From: Octopus vulgaris
Lineage: Eukaryota
NCBI GenBank assembly: GCA_951406725.2
Contig: OX597829.1
Span: forward strand, 23,250,001 to 23,314,000
Direction of reading: 5' to 3'
DNA: 64,000 bases
Shown here: positions 25,897 through 40,480 of the stretch, in pieces
Position numbering within the stretch: position 1 is the first letter of the stretch
Layout of the letters: each line of letters starts with the position of its first letter
Made by a program: the position numbers and the translations under genes
The notes under the pieces: model-generated
The model's input: only the letters and a program-made list of their open reading frames with translations
Told to the model about the DNA's origin: nothing
Databases searched by the model: none

Positions 25897-26547
25897 TTAT
25901 ATTTGTATAAACACATATTTATACATACATACATGTATACATATTTACCATGACTGTGTGTGTGGTTAAGAAGTTTGCTTCCAAACTGCACGGTTTCAGG
26001 TTATGCAGGAGTGGCACTGGCACATGTCTTTTGTGTCTGCATAACTACAGACAGTAGTTAACTGTCGTTTCCCCTGTGTCAATGGGTTATCTGCTGGGTT
26101 TTCGCCTTCAAAGATGCAAGGAAAAAAGATATCCCTTACTTGAAAAAACAGGTAAGGATTACCTACATGAAGGGCATCATCTGTAAAAGAATGTGTCAAT
26201 GTATGCAACAATTACAATAATCATCCAACCCAAGACAGCTTGGAAAGATGTCAAAGCAAATGGATGCACAAGTATATATATTATATATATATATATATTT
26301 ATTTATATATACACACACACACACATCATTATGACTAGATAGATAGAGATGTGCAATGATCACTAACTTGTTGACACAGAAACTTAAAGTCCTATAAGAG
26401 AGTCTCCTTGATTGTAACATTCAATAAATATACACCCCTATGATATTGAGGTTTACCTTGTCATCACATATGTCGATATATATATGTATACAAACAAACA
26501 CACACACACACACACTTCATTAAAAAGCAGCAAAGATATCACAAAAA

Positions 26548-26585
26548 CTGTTACTCAGAGTTTCATATTCCTTTTCGTCAGACAG
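26548..26585 (-). ncRNA. Hammerhead-like motif with eroded stem II
   Basis: CUGU / CUGACGA / AAAGGAAUAU / GAAAC-UCUGA-GUA / ACAG; lies in a short inverted repeat at about 26519-26638. Confidence 0.55.
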
Positions 26586-27062
26586 AAACGTAAAACTCTG
26601 AGTAACAGTTTTTGTAGTATTTTTGCTGCTTTTTAACAAAGCATATTACTCTACCTCTGGCATTCGAGTACTATTTTTTCCCCACCTTCTTTCGTATTTA
26701 TGTACTTACTCTGGTATATATACATACATATATATATATATATATACATATACACACACATTATATATGTATTTATTTATACTTTTTACATAGATACATT
26801 ATGATATTCCATCCATACTATGCATTATTTTATATAATATATACTCTTTACTCTTTTACTTGTTTCAATCATTTGACTGTGGCCATGCTGGAGCACTGCC
26901 TTTAGCTGAACAAATTGACCCCAGGACTTATTCTTTGTAAGCCTAGTACTTATTCTATTGGTCACTTTTGCAGAACCACTAAATTAAGGGGACATAAATA
27001 CACCAGCATCAGTTGTCAAGCGATGGTGGGGAAGACTAATGCAGACACACAAATACATACAT

Positions 27063-27119
<57 letters not shown>

Positions 27120-27335
27120 CATACAATGGGCTTCTTTCAGTTTCTATTAACCAAATCCACTCACAAGGATATAGTAGAAGACACTTGCCTATGTTACTAC
27201 AAAGTGGGACTGAACCCAGAACCATGTGGTTTAATTTATATTATTAAAAAATACTAAATGAAACTGATTAGAACAACCTGTGAAGTCAGTCTTTTTTCAA
27301 ATATACCCAACTGCACCAAGGATCTCACACATTTA

Positions 27336-27384
<49 letters not shown>

Positions 27385-27889
27385 GACGATGATATGTGTG
27401 TGTGTATATATATATATAAATATATATAGTAGAAGATACTTGCCCAAGTGTCATGCAGTGGGATTGGATCTAGAACCATGCAATTAGGAAACAAACTTAA
27501 CACACAGCCACTCACACATGCATGTATGTATGTATGTATGTATGTATGTATGTATGTATGTATGTGTGTGTGTCTGTATGTATAGACGCATGTATAGATG
27601 CATGTATGTATGTACATACATATGCACACATTCTGAAAGAAGAAGAAGGAGCTCGAAATGTACATTTTCACAGTGAAAATCAGTACGGTCAAAAAATTTT
27701 AAAAAGAAGCATAGGATGTATCGTGTTATAATAATAATAATAATAATAATACAGATAATAATAAATCTCACAACAAGTCATTAACTCAAACAAACTTGGG
27801 CAGTGGTGTCGTTATCACAAATATGACCATTGTTGCAATTCCTTTACTTTTAATACTTATTATTCTTATCATTTGTGTCATTATTGTTT

Positions 27890-27928
<39 letters not shown>

Positions 27929-28169
27929 ATAAAAGCAGCACTGGTTCTATTATGTAGATGTCCAATATAAAAGGGGGAAGAAAAAAGGAAAATAAACAAA
28001 AAAAAAATCTCGCGATTTCTAGAAAATGACGACATCCTGAAGATTAAACGCCTGTATTTGTGACACCATAATTCATAATGTATAAAAGTATTCGAAGGTC
28101 AAATTAAGTTTTCTTACAAATACATACATATATATGTGTACACGCACACACACACACACACACAGAGTC

Positions 28170-28445
28170 AAAAGTAAGCAGAGATCAAACATGATACTTC
28201 ACTTTGACGGAAAAATAGTGAAAGAATACACCAAAGGCAAGAAACTGACAAAGGATCGCAAAGTTGTAAGTGTATATTGTAAAGAGAAGAAGACACGTTG
28301 CTGGGAATACCTCCTTGTATGAATTCCACTGGAGAATATCAGACTGATGACATAATAGATGTTATGGAATCATATGGACTAAAGAATGAAATCGAAGTAT
28401 TAGTCTTTGATACAATTCCATCAAACACAGAAAAGGAAATGGGAG
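28170..28445 (+). mobile_element. DDE transposase fragment (hATm-like)
   Basis: LHFDGKIV...LLGIP...STGE.Q...VLVFDTIPSNT resembles the xDGK and FDTTASNTG catalytic motifs. Confidence 0.5.
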
Positions 28446-28688
28446 TGTGTATGTGCGTGCATATATATATATACATATACATACTTATATATATATATAC
28501 ATACATACATGCACACACATGTGTATATATTTGGTTGCACAAATGTGCAGAAAAATATTCAATAGAGGCTCAAGGATATATTCATTTATTGACAGCTGAG
28601 GTTGTCACACTGTAGCTACTCAGAGTTGCCTCGAGGTACATGATATGACACCCTTGAAATAGCAACTAACTGAAGCTTGGATGAGAGA

Positions 28689-28728
<40 letters not shown>

Positions 28729-28758
28729 AAAAAGGAGATGTGGAACACGAGTTGTGAT

Positions 28759-29153
28759 ATATAAAAAGAAATGAAGAAAATGCTGACAAAATAATTTAAG
28801 TAATTTAAGTAATTTAATTAGGTGAAAGTTCTTTTTACCAGTTGCGCATTTGTTATGCTTATCAAATATATGGTTCCACACATACACATAATTGGATACG
28901 AGTGCAAAACATCCAACACTATTTTTTGGAAATGACTAAATATTTACATCCAACACTATTTTTTGGAAATGACTGTAAATATTTACAGTCATTTCCAAAA
29001 AATAGTGTTGGATGCTTTGCACTCGTATCCAATTATGTGTATGTGTGGAACCATATATTTGATAAGCATAACAAATGCGCAACCGGTAAAAAGAACTTTC
29101 ACCTAATTAAATTACTTAAATTACTTAAATTATTTTGTCAGCATTTTCTTCAT

Positions 29154-29166
<13 letters not shown>
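28759..29166. repeat. Spacer-less palindrome (centre 28980/28981) with an internal ~38-bp tandem duplication
   Basis: gactgtaaat|atttacagtc at the centre; the arms match with few mismatches; (TA)n flanks. Confidence 0.9.
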
Positions 29167-29194
<28 letters not shown>

Positions 29195-29284
29195 TGCATT
29201 TATATGCATACACAATATATGCATATTTCAAAATACAGTATATATATATATATATATTATATATGTGTTTATGTTCAAATAATA

Positions 29285-29657
29285 TGAAATTCAATATCAA
29301 AAAAATTTCTCAAGAAGATATATATGTCTAAAATAGTATTGTTTTAAAAATATATATAAATACATGAAACATGACAGCTTAAAAATTTATTAATTAATGC
29401 ATCTTACAATCACTTCACGAAAGTATTGTCATTATAATGGAATCCATTGTTGATACACATTGATAGACAACATGTCCACTCATCAGAAATGGAGGAGATA
29501 AAGTTTTTATAATATATCGAATGTTGTTTTAAAATTAGAAAAATATATGAGAAAGTATTTTTGAAAAATAAATTAAAATTTACTGGTTTAGATTTATGCA
29601 GATAGATTTTGGTAAGAAAATTTCGTGTTTGTGTATATATATATATAATTTCGAGTT

Positions 29658-29708
<51 letters not shown>

Positions 29709-29712
29709 AGTT

Positions 29713-29796
<84 letters not shown>

Positions 29797-29832
29797 CGAG
29801 TTTGTATATATATATATATATAATTTCGAGTT

Positions 29833-29871
<39 letters not shown>

Positions 29872-30392
29872 TCGAGTTTGTATATATATATATAAATATA
29901 ATTTCGAGTTTATATATATATATATATATAATTTCGAGTTTGTATATATATATATATATATATATATCCTTGTTAAATTCATCTTGATAATCCCTGACAA
30001 TTTTGTGTAAACAGTACCTTATCCTGCATTCCATATTTAAGATGTAGAAGGTTACTTTTGGTGGTCAAAAGTATTAGTTAATACAGTTCTATATTTAAGA
30101 GATGAGGAATTATGTGAATTATTTACACGTCATATATTTTTCTAATTTTAAAACAACATTCGATATATTATAAAAACTTTATCTTCTCAATCTCTGACGA
30201 GCTGAAGTATTGTCTATCAATGTGTATCAACAATGGATTCCATTATAACGACAATACTTTCGTGAAACAATCATAAGATGCATTAAAAATTTTTAAACTG
30301 TCATGTTTCATATATTTACATATATTTTTAATACAATACTATTTTAGACATATATATCTTCATGAGGAATTTTTTTGATATTGAATTTCATT
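29285..30392. repeat. Diverged ~265-bp inverted repeat enclosing an AATTTCGAGTTTG(TA)n minisatellite
   Basis: 29285-29550 versus 30130-30392; about 7 AATTTCGAGTTT(G) units separated by variable (TA)n at 29620-29967. Confidence 0.8.
30191..30278 (+). ncRNA. Degenerate hammerhead motif with long stem II
   Basis: UCU / CUGACGA 30194-200 / GAAGUAUUGUC...GACAAUACUUU / GAAAC 30264-68 / AAUC-AUA / AGA; diverged mirror copy near 29402-29489. Confidence 0.55.
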
Positions 30393-31117
30393 CCATTATT
30401 TCAAAATACAGTGTATATAATTCCTCGTATTAAATGTCTAAATATTTTATAGTATTAATATTTTTGACATTTTATACAAAGAGCACTCATTATAAATTCA
30501 GTGTATAATATTCTAACAGAATATATTTAATTAATGATACATAAACATACATACATTATATATATATCCACACATACAAACATATATATACACACACACA
30601 CACTCACACACAATTACCATATGCATGTATGTATGAATATATGAGTGTATATATATATATATATATATATATAATGTGCGTAATCATTATATTTATATAT
30701 TTGTGTGTCTCCTGTGTTACTAATTAATACACCAGAAAACAATTATTGTTTCAATTAATGTTGTACATTTGTTTTGAAAATGTGAACAATTTATAAAATG
30801 TTTTGCAAGCGAATCGAAAGATAACAGCCATTTATTGCTAAACAATGTTAACTTGTCAGTGTTGCTTATATTAGAATTAACATGGTGAAACACAACTCAT
30901 TAGCACATTAATTAATTAATACAGTGAAACATAACTCATTAGTATATTAATCACTTTTGACATATTTTAATTGCTGACCTACTTTTGTGGATCATAAATT
31001 ACAAACTCGTCATATTTTCCTTTCAAAAGGAGAAAATATTGATATGCAATATGAGATATTTAATTTACATACATGCATACATACACACAAACATATACTT
31101 CTACATACATACACACA

Positions 31118-31183
<66 letters not shown>

Positions 31184-31829
31184 CATACATATATATATAT
31201 ATATACATACATACACAGAAACACATACATATATGCATCCATATGTACTCACTCATAAATACAGGCATACATATATACCTACAAACACACATGAACACAT
31301 GCTTGCATGCATACATATTCACACATATACACACACACATATACACACACTCACATATATATACACACACACACACATGCACATACACACCAATATACAT
31401 GAAACATACGACACATTCAATACAACAAGACAGTTTGCTTTCTTAATCATTGAACCAAATCAGTCAAAGGTCCCTCAAATTACACCAGAGAGAAAAACAG
31501 CTAAATCTCCTCCAAATCACACCCTTTGATGGTTTAGTCCTAGATACCTTTACAAAGGTGGAATGGTCACAGCTGGAATGTCTTTATCATTGGTCTGCTT
31601 CATCAGGGATGACTTGAAGTTTAACACATCTCACACACACACACAACACCAACATATATAGATGCATACATGCACAACATACTACATATATACAATATAT
31701 ATGCACACAAACACCAGCAAATTCATACTGCAAACGTGAACATGGTACACTGCATCAACATACATACACATGCACACACAAACTCACATACTCACACACA
31801 ACAAACCACACATACACTTTGTGTGTGTG

Positions 31830-31860
<31 letters not shown>

Positions 31861-32021
31861 TTAATATTTATCAGAAGTAACAGAGTAACTCACGGTCTGA
31901 GAGTTTGTAAACTGCCACTTATCAAATAAATGAAATATTAAAAAAAAAATTTTTGTCAAGTGCCAGCATGCAAAGCTCTTGGACCGTGAGTCACTCTGTT
32001 ACTTCTGCTAAATATTAATAA

Positions 32022-32064
<43 letters not shown>

Positions 32065-33160
32065 CATATTTTTAGTTCTATTTTTCCTACTTGCATCAAC
32101 ATACCTATACATACACACACACACATATGCACACACAACACACTCAAAGAAAAATTAATAAAGGCCAAAATAACATTCTTGCACCATCGAGAACAACTGT
32201 AAAATAGAAGAAAGCATTTCTTTTTCCTTTTTTTTTCCTACCCCAAAGAAATTTTTTACCACATTTAAATCATTGGTGAATGTTTTTTTGTCTCTTAGTT
32301 TCTGTTGAGGTTTCTTCTTTTACTCTTTTTTTTTAAAATTTTCTTTTTTTTTTCTTTTTTTTTTTTGGTTTTTGTTTTCTCCCAGAAAATAAAAGTTTTT
32401 GCCTGGTGCTTAGATAACAGCTGTAACAGCAACATCGGTTTCAGAAACAAGAATTTGTGGTGGAGGGTAGGGGAAACAGCTTAGAAACAAAAGATAACAA
32501 AAGTATTTACATTAGGACTAGTTGTCCAGAACTGAAAAAAGAAAAAAAAATTTTTTTAATAAAAAAATTTCAGAAAATTTCAAAAATAAATTTAAAAAAG
32601 GCGGGAGGGAAATGAACTTGAAAAAGAAAACTATACAAAAAAGACTGTCGCTAGATTTCCTTTCTCTTGTCTCAGAAGGAGACAAACATAAAAAAGGTAC
32701 CCAGTGACTTTTAACCAAGTTTTAACCATTTAGATTATTGCAATGAAAACTGTTTGCATATACAATTGGTCCATAAACTCTCCATAACTCTACATACACA
32801 AACCATTTTGTCACTCATCTAACCATCAAACAGAATTCCATTTAGACAATAATATAATTGCAATGCGTGGCATTTACTCTTCAGACATTCTTTGACACCG
32901 ACTGTACAAGACACACACACACATGCATGCATACACACACTGCACCCCCTTAGAGGTCTAATTATTAATCAGTTATTAATATAATTATTTTCGCACATAC
33001 ATACAAACATACACACACACATATACAGTATACTAAATGCCGAAATATGCACATGTCAAAACAATGTTTTTTGATATACAACCATATGCAAATAAATATA
33101 CTTGTTCATCCAATAGAGAAGATATATTAGTGTATGAGTGTGTCTTTGCAGACATGCATT

Positions 33161-33201
<41 letters not shown>

Positions 33202-33466
33202 CACACATACATAGATGTGTGTGTGTGTATATATATATACACATACATTCACACACATATATATATATATACATGTATACACACACATACATGCGTATAT
33301 ATACACACACACACATACATACATGTGTATGTATGTATATATATATATAACTTGATATCAACAGGCAGTGTCCAGAGTGTTTTAATTGTTGGGCAAAATT
33401 AATGTTTAGCCAAAAAGTTCTGGCAAAGTAAAGAAAGATTTCCACTTAAAACACACAGCATTAACA

Positions 33467-33498
<32 letters not shown>

Positions 33499-33520
33499 GT
33501 TATCATTATTATTATTATTA

Positions 33521-33643
33521 TTATGTTGTAATATCTCCATAGTGTTGGTTCCATTTGTCGTATTTTTCAAGACTCTCAGGTGGTACACTCCTTCGGATCT
33601 TTTTTAATGACTCCAGAAAATCGATCATTTGAATTCTCCGAAC
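33521..33643 (-). CDS. SPAST: Spastin terminal coding exon (123 bp): [40 protein letters not shown]
   Basis: aaacag acceptor; C-terminal helix motif (SLKKIRRSV...Y..WN..YGD); TAA stop at 33523-33521. Confidence 0.96.
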   Translation of the reverse strand, partial: VRRIQMIDFLESLKKIRRSVPPESLEKYDKWNQHYGDITT

Positions 33644-33850
33644 CTGTTTAGGAAAGAAAAGGAGAAGAAAAATTAAAATACATTTACATTTATTTTATCA
33701 ATTTAGCAACTCGAATACAAGGAAGTTCAGTAAAAACTGATGATGTTCTGCTTCCTAACACTGAAACCCATGTTTGTTGAACAGTGGAATTGGTCTACAA
33801 TATAGACAGGTTCCATTTCAAGCCTAGCAGCTAAATGAAATAGCAACAAT

Positions 33851-34075
33851 GGCGGCGAGCTGGCAGAAATGTTAGCACGCCGGGCGAAATGCTTGGCGGT
33901 ATTTCATCTGCCGCTACGTTCTGAGTTCAAATTCTGCCATGGTCGACTTTGCCTTTCATCCTTTCAGGGTCGATAAAGTACCAGTTACGCATTGGGGTCG
34001 ATGTAATCGACTTAATCCCTTTGTCTGTCCTTGTTTGTCCTCTCCATGTTTAGCCCCTTGTGGGTAATAAAGAAA
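33851..34075 (+). mobile_element. SINE family B
   Basis: ggcggcgagctggcagaaa head plus Nin-like core. Confidence 0.82.
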
Positions 34076-35039
34076 TAAGAAATGGTAACAATTGCCTACA
34101 ATTTTTTTTTTTTTTTTTGGAAATGGATCTTGAAGCACACACATAAAGCTACAAGTAATGGTTGCAAAACCCTTTTGGATATAAAAAGTTGAAATAAGGG
34201 TTTTTCAAGCCAATATTTACAAGCTAGACCCTTTCATAAAATCATTGGTAAGTAACTGCCCCCAACCCAAGTATGTAAATTTTAAAATAAAAATCAAAAG
34301 TATAATTAATGAAAAATATCTTGATTTAAAAACAATTATTCCTTTGTTCTTTTGTGTCATTAAAAATCTAATGAAAATATTTAATGAAATTGAAAAAGTC
34401 AATAAAAGTTTGATCATATTATATTGATATAGTTGGAATGACAAACCCTTGGAGAGCCAGAGACTGCCTAGGGGTTAGTATTGACCACTTTGCCAACCCC
34501 TGATTTATGGCTTTAAATGTACTTTGAGATCTAATTCCAAAAGAAAATTTATTGCATGTCCTCTCAAAAGTTTATAAATCCTTATGAGATCATCTTCATA
34601 TTTTTAATTACTGATTCAGCAGAATGCCTAACCTTTTTCTATTTCATGAGTCCTTACACGTGCAACTTCCACCTATACATACAAGCTCTTATCATATAAA
34701 AGACAGGATCCTGCTACTATTAGAGAAATGGCCTTGCTCAATATGCAGAAAAGAAGTAGGTAGAAATTCTGTTTAGTCTACCCAGTATAAACTATGGAAA
34801 CACAAGATGTCTAGCAGAATCAAAGGCAAGCAAACAAGAAAAGGTGTACAGAAATAGTAAGCAATAGGAACTGGTTCCCTAGATGTTGCTGAGAGCTTCT
34901 GGTATCCTAACTGCCTTCACTAGTAGTGGATGTTCAGTATAGGAGTCAAAAGAAGAACAGGGTGGAGGAAATTTCAGGAGCTATTAACTGCTAGTAACAA
35001 AGGGATCTCTTGAAGAGGAGACTGTATAATACTTGTGTA

Positions 35040-36075
35040 TGTGATGTGATGTGGTGTTGCATGGAAGTGAAATGTAGGCACTGAATGTACGGGACTTGTG
35101 AAAATCAGAAACAATGAAACCAGAATGCTTCACTGGGTGTGTAATGTTAGTGTGCTTAACCTTATAGCAGTTAGATTACTATGTCAAATGTAATGCTTAT
35201 TTATTGATTGTTTAGTTTTAGAATGGCATTGTAGGGTAAGTGTGAGAAGCTACATCTGGCCAGTTTTAACATAAAAAGGGCAGAATATTTGAGCTGGATT
35301 TAGCTGGTTTAACTCTTTAGCATTCAGATTACTGTATTGAACATAATACTTATTATTTATTTACACTGCTTTGAATTAATCATGTATTATCGTTGTTTTC
35401 AATTAATCATATATTCAATTAATCGAGTATTATCTCAAAGCTTCAAAATTTCAATGATGTCATTGTTTATTTTTTAGAATGACATTGTGGGGTAGGTGTG
35501 AGGTGCTGGATCTGGCCAGTTTGAACATTAAACAGTTAGAATATTTAGGCAAGATATGGCTGACTTAACACTTTAGCATTCAGATTACTCTGCTCTCAAA
35601 TGTAATACTTATTTATTCACATTGTTTTGAATTAATGAAACATTATTTCATAGATTTGAGATTTCAATGATGGGATTGTTTATTTTTAGAATGACATTGT
35701 AGGATAGGTGTGAGAGGCTGGATCTGGCTAGCTTCAATATAAAACAGAATACTTGAGCTGGATATGACCAGTTTAAATGACAGAGTATGAATGAGCTGAA
35801 AGAAAAAACCTAGGCCTAAGGGGAATCAGGTGTAGTGCAAGAGAAAAGGCTATGTTAATATGAGCATGTGATATGAGTGGAGGCTGTCAGCTGGGAAAAG
35901 ATATATAGGGTGTCCCAAAAATCGTTGGAACCCTAGGAAAAGAGGGACCCAGAGAGGTATGGGATGAAATGATGAAGAATGATATCGGGGTGTTAAGCCT
36001 CAAAGGGGAGACAAGAGGAATCCTTGATGATTGGTGACATACAGTGATGGGGAAGATCTGCGCGTATGTGTAAGC
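35040..36075 (+). mobile_element. Degenerate RTE fragment interrupted by a tandem array of a MITE-like repeat (35160-35780)
   Basis: LHGSE.. and RML.WVCNV before the array, LKEK.GLRGI after it; three diverged ttagcattcagattact...tttagaatgacattgtagg units. Confidence 0.6.
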
Positions 36076-36632
36076 ATGGTGAAATCATTGTCATCATTTA
36101 ACATCCACTTTTCCGATGCTTGCATAGAACAGACAGGCTTTGTTTCTATGGCTGGATGCTCTTCCTGTCACCAACCCTTACTTGTTTCCAAGTAAGGTAA
36201 TCATCATCATTATCATCATCATCATTTAATGTCTGTTGTCCATACTGGCATGAGTTGAACAGTTTGACCTCAACTAGACCCAACAGAGGGAGTGGCAACT
36301 GAAGTTGGCAGCTGTGCAGTGAAAAAGCATGATTAAGGACACAAAGACAGCAACCATCCATTGGAAACAAAGATGCTGAAAATATCTAGGAAAGTATATA
36401 CAGAGCTGGTCATATGTAGCAGTGGTGGTGGGGAGTGGGTCATAACCAAAACTCAACTACAGGAATGAAGGAGATGCACCAGACTGATGGATCAAGATAT
36501 TGAAGTAACAGAATTATAGCACAACTGAGTAGGAAAAGGATTATTGTCTTGGACATCAAAGCAAGGTACCACTGATGCCATTTTTCTAGTGTCACAGCAG
36601 TAGAAGTTCCTAGCTTAGAGTGAATCATTATA

Positions 36633-37012
36633 CTCTTTTACTCTTTACTTGTTTCAGACCGCCTTTAGTCGAGCAAATCAACCCCAGGACTTATTCTTTG
36701 TAAGCCTAGTACTTATTCTATCGGTCTCTTTTGCCGAACCGCTAAGTTATGGGGACATAAACACACCAGCATCAGTTGTCAAGCGATGTTGTGGGGTACA
36801 AAACAAACATATACACACACATACATACATATATATATATACATATATACAACGGGCTTCTTTCAGTTTCCGTCTACCAAATCCACTCACAAGACTTTGG
36901 TCAGCCTGAAGCCATAGTAGAAGACACTTGCCCAAGGTGCCATGCAATGGGAATGAACCCGGAACCATGTAGTTGGTAAGCAAGCTACTTACCACACAGC
37001 CATTCCTGTGCC
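36633..37012 (-). mobile_element. SINE family A
   Basis: Reverse-complement match; further minus-strand copies near 26846, 37290, 49651, 55712, 57895 and 58775. Confidence 0.85.
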
Positions 37013-37029
37013 TATATATAAAAATCTGT

Positions 37030-37255
37030 TAAAGAAGGCCTTTGAGAGGTCAACACTTAGAAAGCTAAGTGTAGATGAATGGCATATGGGAGTTGTGCAA
37101 ACTATGTACAGAAATGCTGTTGGTAAGGTAAAAGTTGGCAGTGAATTCAAAGAAGAATTTAGTATGTATGTAGAAGTTCATCAAAACCTAGTTTTCAGCT
37201 ATTGCTTGTTAACTGCAGTTCTCTAGGCTTTAACAGAGAAGTTTCAATCCAGCTG
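37030..37255 (+). mobile_element. Degenerate RTE reverse transcriptase fragment
   Basis: KAFER..LRKLSVDEW....VQTMYRNAVGKVKVG matches the RTE ORF at 46536-47648. Confidence 0.7.
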
Positions 37256-38729
37256 ACAGATTCAGTTATATTTGGTTCTTTTGTTTTTATACTTCAGTCA
37301 TCTGACTGCAGCCATGCTGGAGCACTGCCTTGAAGGGTTTTAGTCAAACAAGTCAAGGACTTATTTTTTAAGTTTAGTACTTATTCTATCAGCCTATTTT
37401 GCCAAACTGCTAAGTTATGGGGATGTAAACACAGCAACACCAGTTGTTAAGCAGTGATGGGAGATAAACACACACACACACATGATGGGCTTCTTTCAGT
37501 TTCCATCTACCGAATCCACTCACAAGGCTTTTCCAGCCTGAGGCTATAGTAGAAAACACTAGCCCAAAATGCCATACTGTGGGATTGAACCCGGAACCAT
37601 GTGATTGGGAAGCAAGCTTCTTACCACATAGCCATGCCTGCACCTTAGACAAGAAATTCCAAACAACCCTTAGATTATGAGAGGTCTTAAAGTAAAATCT
37701 AGCAAACACTAAAGTTTTAGTTATCAGAAAAGAGGACAAGATATTGCTGCCATCATGGAGAGTTCATCTGCATTAAATAAAGGAGCAGGTATCAATTCTA
37801 CATGGTGTGTACAAAAAGGGCTTTAGCTGCAAAATATATATATAGAGGGGTCACAGGCAGCTGGTTGAGAAGGTTGATATCATATGTGACAGTTGTACAG
37901 GAATAGTTAGTAATAACGACATTTGTGTAATGAATACTTTTATAGCTCAGAAGACTTCAATAGACTAATTAATAGTGGAGGCTTTATAATTATTCATTTG
38001 CTAAGAAATGATACAAGCAATGTAGTACTGTGAGAATGGCTCTTAATTCTACCAGAATAAACCCAAATATAAACTTGTAATAAATTTTTCCCTTCTATTT
38101 TAGTTCTGTACTCAGACTTCCTCATCAAGTTTCCCACTCAACTTGCAACAAGGGAGTCACATAAAAAATATATAAGGACATGTCATTTGTATGTGGAATG
38201 TTATTTTCAACTCTTTTGAAACACGCCACCATGTTTCACACATACTTCAAAGTGACAACAAATGGGAAAAACCTATTTAATGTCTCTTCCTTATCTTTCA
38301 TTACTTGGTACATTTCTCTTTAACCCATTATAGGCATTGTAAGGCTTAGAATGATATACCATTTATTCACTCAATATTTTATATTATTTTGCTACGTGAT
38401 GAATCCCCCCCCCCGCCGCCCAATACAGCAATGATCAACAGAATTAATTCTAAACAATAATGCTAGGTCCGAGTGAGGTAAGAAATTCAAGATTAGCAAG
38501 GGTTACAGAATATCAGAAGATCGAGTTTGTAAATATTAGGGTCAAATATTTGGAAGGGGTAGGGGCATTGAGAGTGGCCACAGATGGTTTTACGAGCCTC
38601 ACCCCAACTGCACTCTTGTCACATATATTAATGCAATGTAATATAAGCCATTCAACGGTAGATAACAAGTTGGTAGCCATTGGATACAAGTTTTGTTTAC
38701 AAGTATTGGTGAAAAATCTTTGAAGGTAG

Positions 38730-40480
38730 AACGTAACAAATTGAAAGAAACAAAAATATGAAGATGAAAACAGAGTGAGAGGGGAATTTTGCATTCACCA
38801 TTGAGGAAGGCAAACCTTTATGCCTTATCTGCCAATTCTCTCTGAGTCATTACAAAAAGCAAAACTTGAAACACCACTGTGAACCAAATCACAAAAAGCT
38901 TTTCGCATGATTAACCACCTAAATCAGAACTAAGGTAAAACAGGTTGTGTTAAAAACATCACCAAATAGCCAGCAGACACCACTGACAACATTCAGCAAG
39001 GAATCCAATACATGACTGGAGCTAGTTTTTTTTGATATCATGGAATACTGCTTGTGTTAAATGCGCATATTCTGATTGTGAATTTGTTAAGAAGGATATA
39101 GCTGATGTTATTGCAGTGGTAGATGCAAACAACACAAAATTTCAATGATTGATAGCACAAATACTGGTTTCGTGTCACTCTACAGAGAGCCGTGTCTCTC
39201 AGATCAGTACTAATGTTGCAATCAAAATGGAAAATGATTAAAAAAATTCCTTTGCATTCAGTTTAGTGATTGACAAATCAACAGATATACAAGACAGCAG
39301 CAATCAACAGAACCTGTTACATTTCTTTGAAGCAATTGTGAAAGAAGGGATCTTGCATTTGGCAGAATTAAATGGAACAACTTGCGGTACTAACATAAAA
39401 GATGAACTCAGAGCTTAAACAAATGTTGGTGTTCCACTGAATAAACCTGTTGCAACAGATGGAACTCCTCCGATGGTGGTCAAAAACAAATGCAGGATTA
39501 ATTGGACTTACAGAAAAGTGGTCCCAGTTTTCCAGTATGAAGATGTTATGAATCCTGTCCTTGAAATTGTGAATTTCATATGCTTAAAAGGGGTAGCTCC
39601 ACCAACAGTTCAGAAATTTTATTGAAGAACTAAAGCTCGAAGATAAAGCAAATTATGTGTCTTTTTATTGCATTGTGTGGTGGCTATCAACCAGCAGTGT
39701 CTTGAGCAAGTTTGTTGATCTGTTGGAGCCTTTTCTTACTTTTCTTAAAGAAAAATTCCTATCCTCAACTGGAAAATGATGAATAGATGTTGATGTTCTT
39801 TACTGATAAAATGAATCACCTGCAAACTTTCAACTTGGCACTCAAAGAGAAGGACAAGATTATTTCTGATCTTACTCAGATAGCTTTCAATCTTCTGAGT
39901 AAAATAAAAGCTTTTCAGAGAGACATTGTCTAAAATTTCAGTCAATTTTCCAATCAGAGAAAGAGAGTAAATACGTTACCTGATTACTGATATAAAAGAC
40001 AACAAACTGGATGAATACAAACAGAAATTACAGGAACTGTTTGTTAATTTTCAAACCAGGTTTGAGGACTTAGAGAAGACAAAGCCTTGCTTCATCTCTT
40101 ATGAAATTAATTCATGGCAGATGTGGTCAATGGTAGTTGGCCAATTCTCTAATCTCTAGTTATGGAATCATCAGTAGTGGAAATGGAACTAAGGGAATTA
40201 CAAAAGGATCTAAAAGGGATCCACAAATCCCAGTCTACAATTGAGCTCTACAAACAAGTTCCAGGAACAAAATATCCTGAACTGAAGAAAACTAGCATGT
40301 GACTCATCTCAGTTTCCGACACAACATACTACTGTGAATTACTGTATGTTAGAGAAATTTGTGAACTCAAGGCTTTGGGCAAGCATTACAAACTATCACC
40401 TGACAGGGAACTAACTTGTATAACCTTGATAACATATTAGCCACATTTTCAATGGCTAATAACCATGAGGGGAATCCACA
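38730..40480 (+). mobile_element. Degenerate hAT (Charlie/GTF2IRD2-like) transposase relic in the last spastin intron
   Basis: Remnants FSLVIDKSTDI, ATDGTPPMV, VWWLSTSSVLS, KYPELKKTS and TTYYCE; multiple stops and frameshifts. Confidence 0.7.

Noticed and set aside
29410-33445. Many YI/HT/CV-rich ORFs
   Set aside because: Translations of (TA)n, (CA)n and (TG)n microsatellites.
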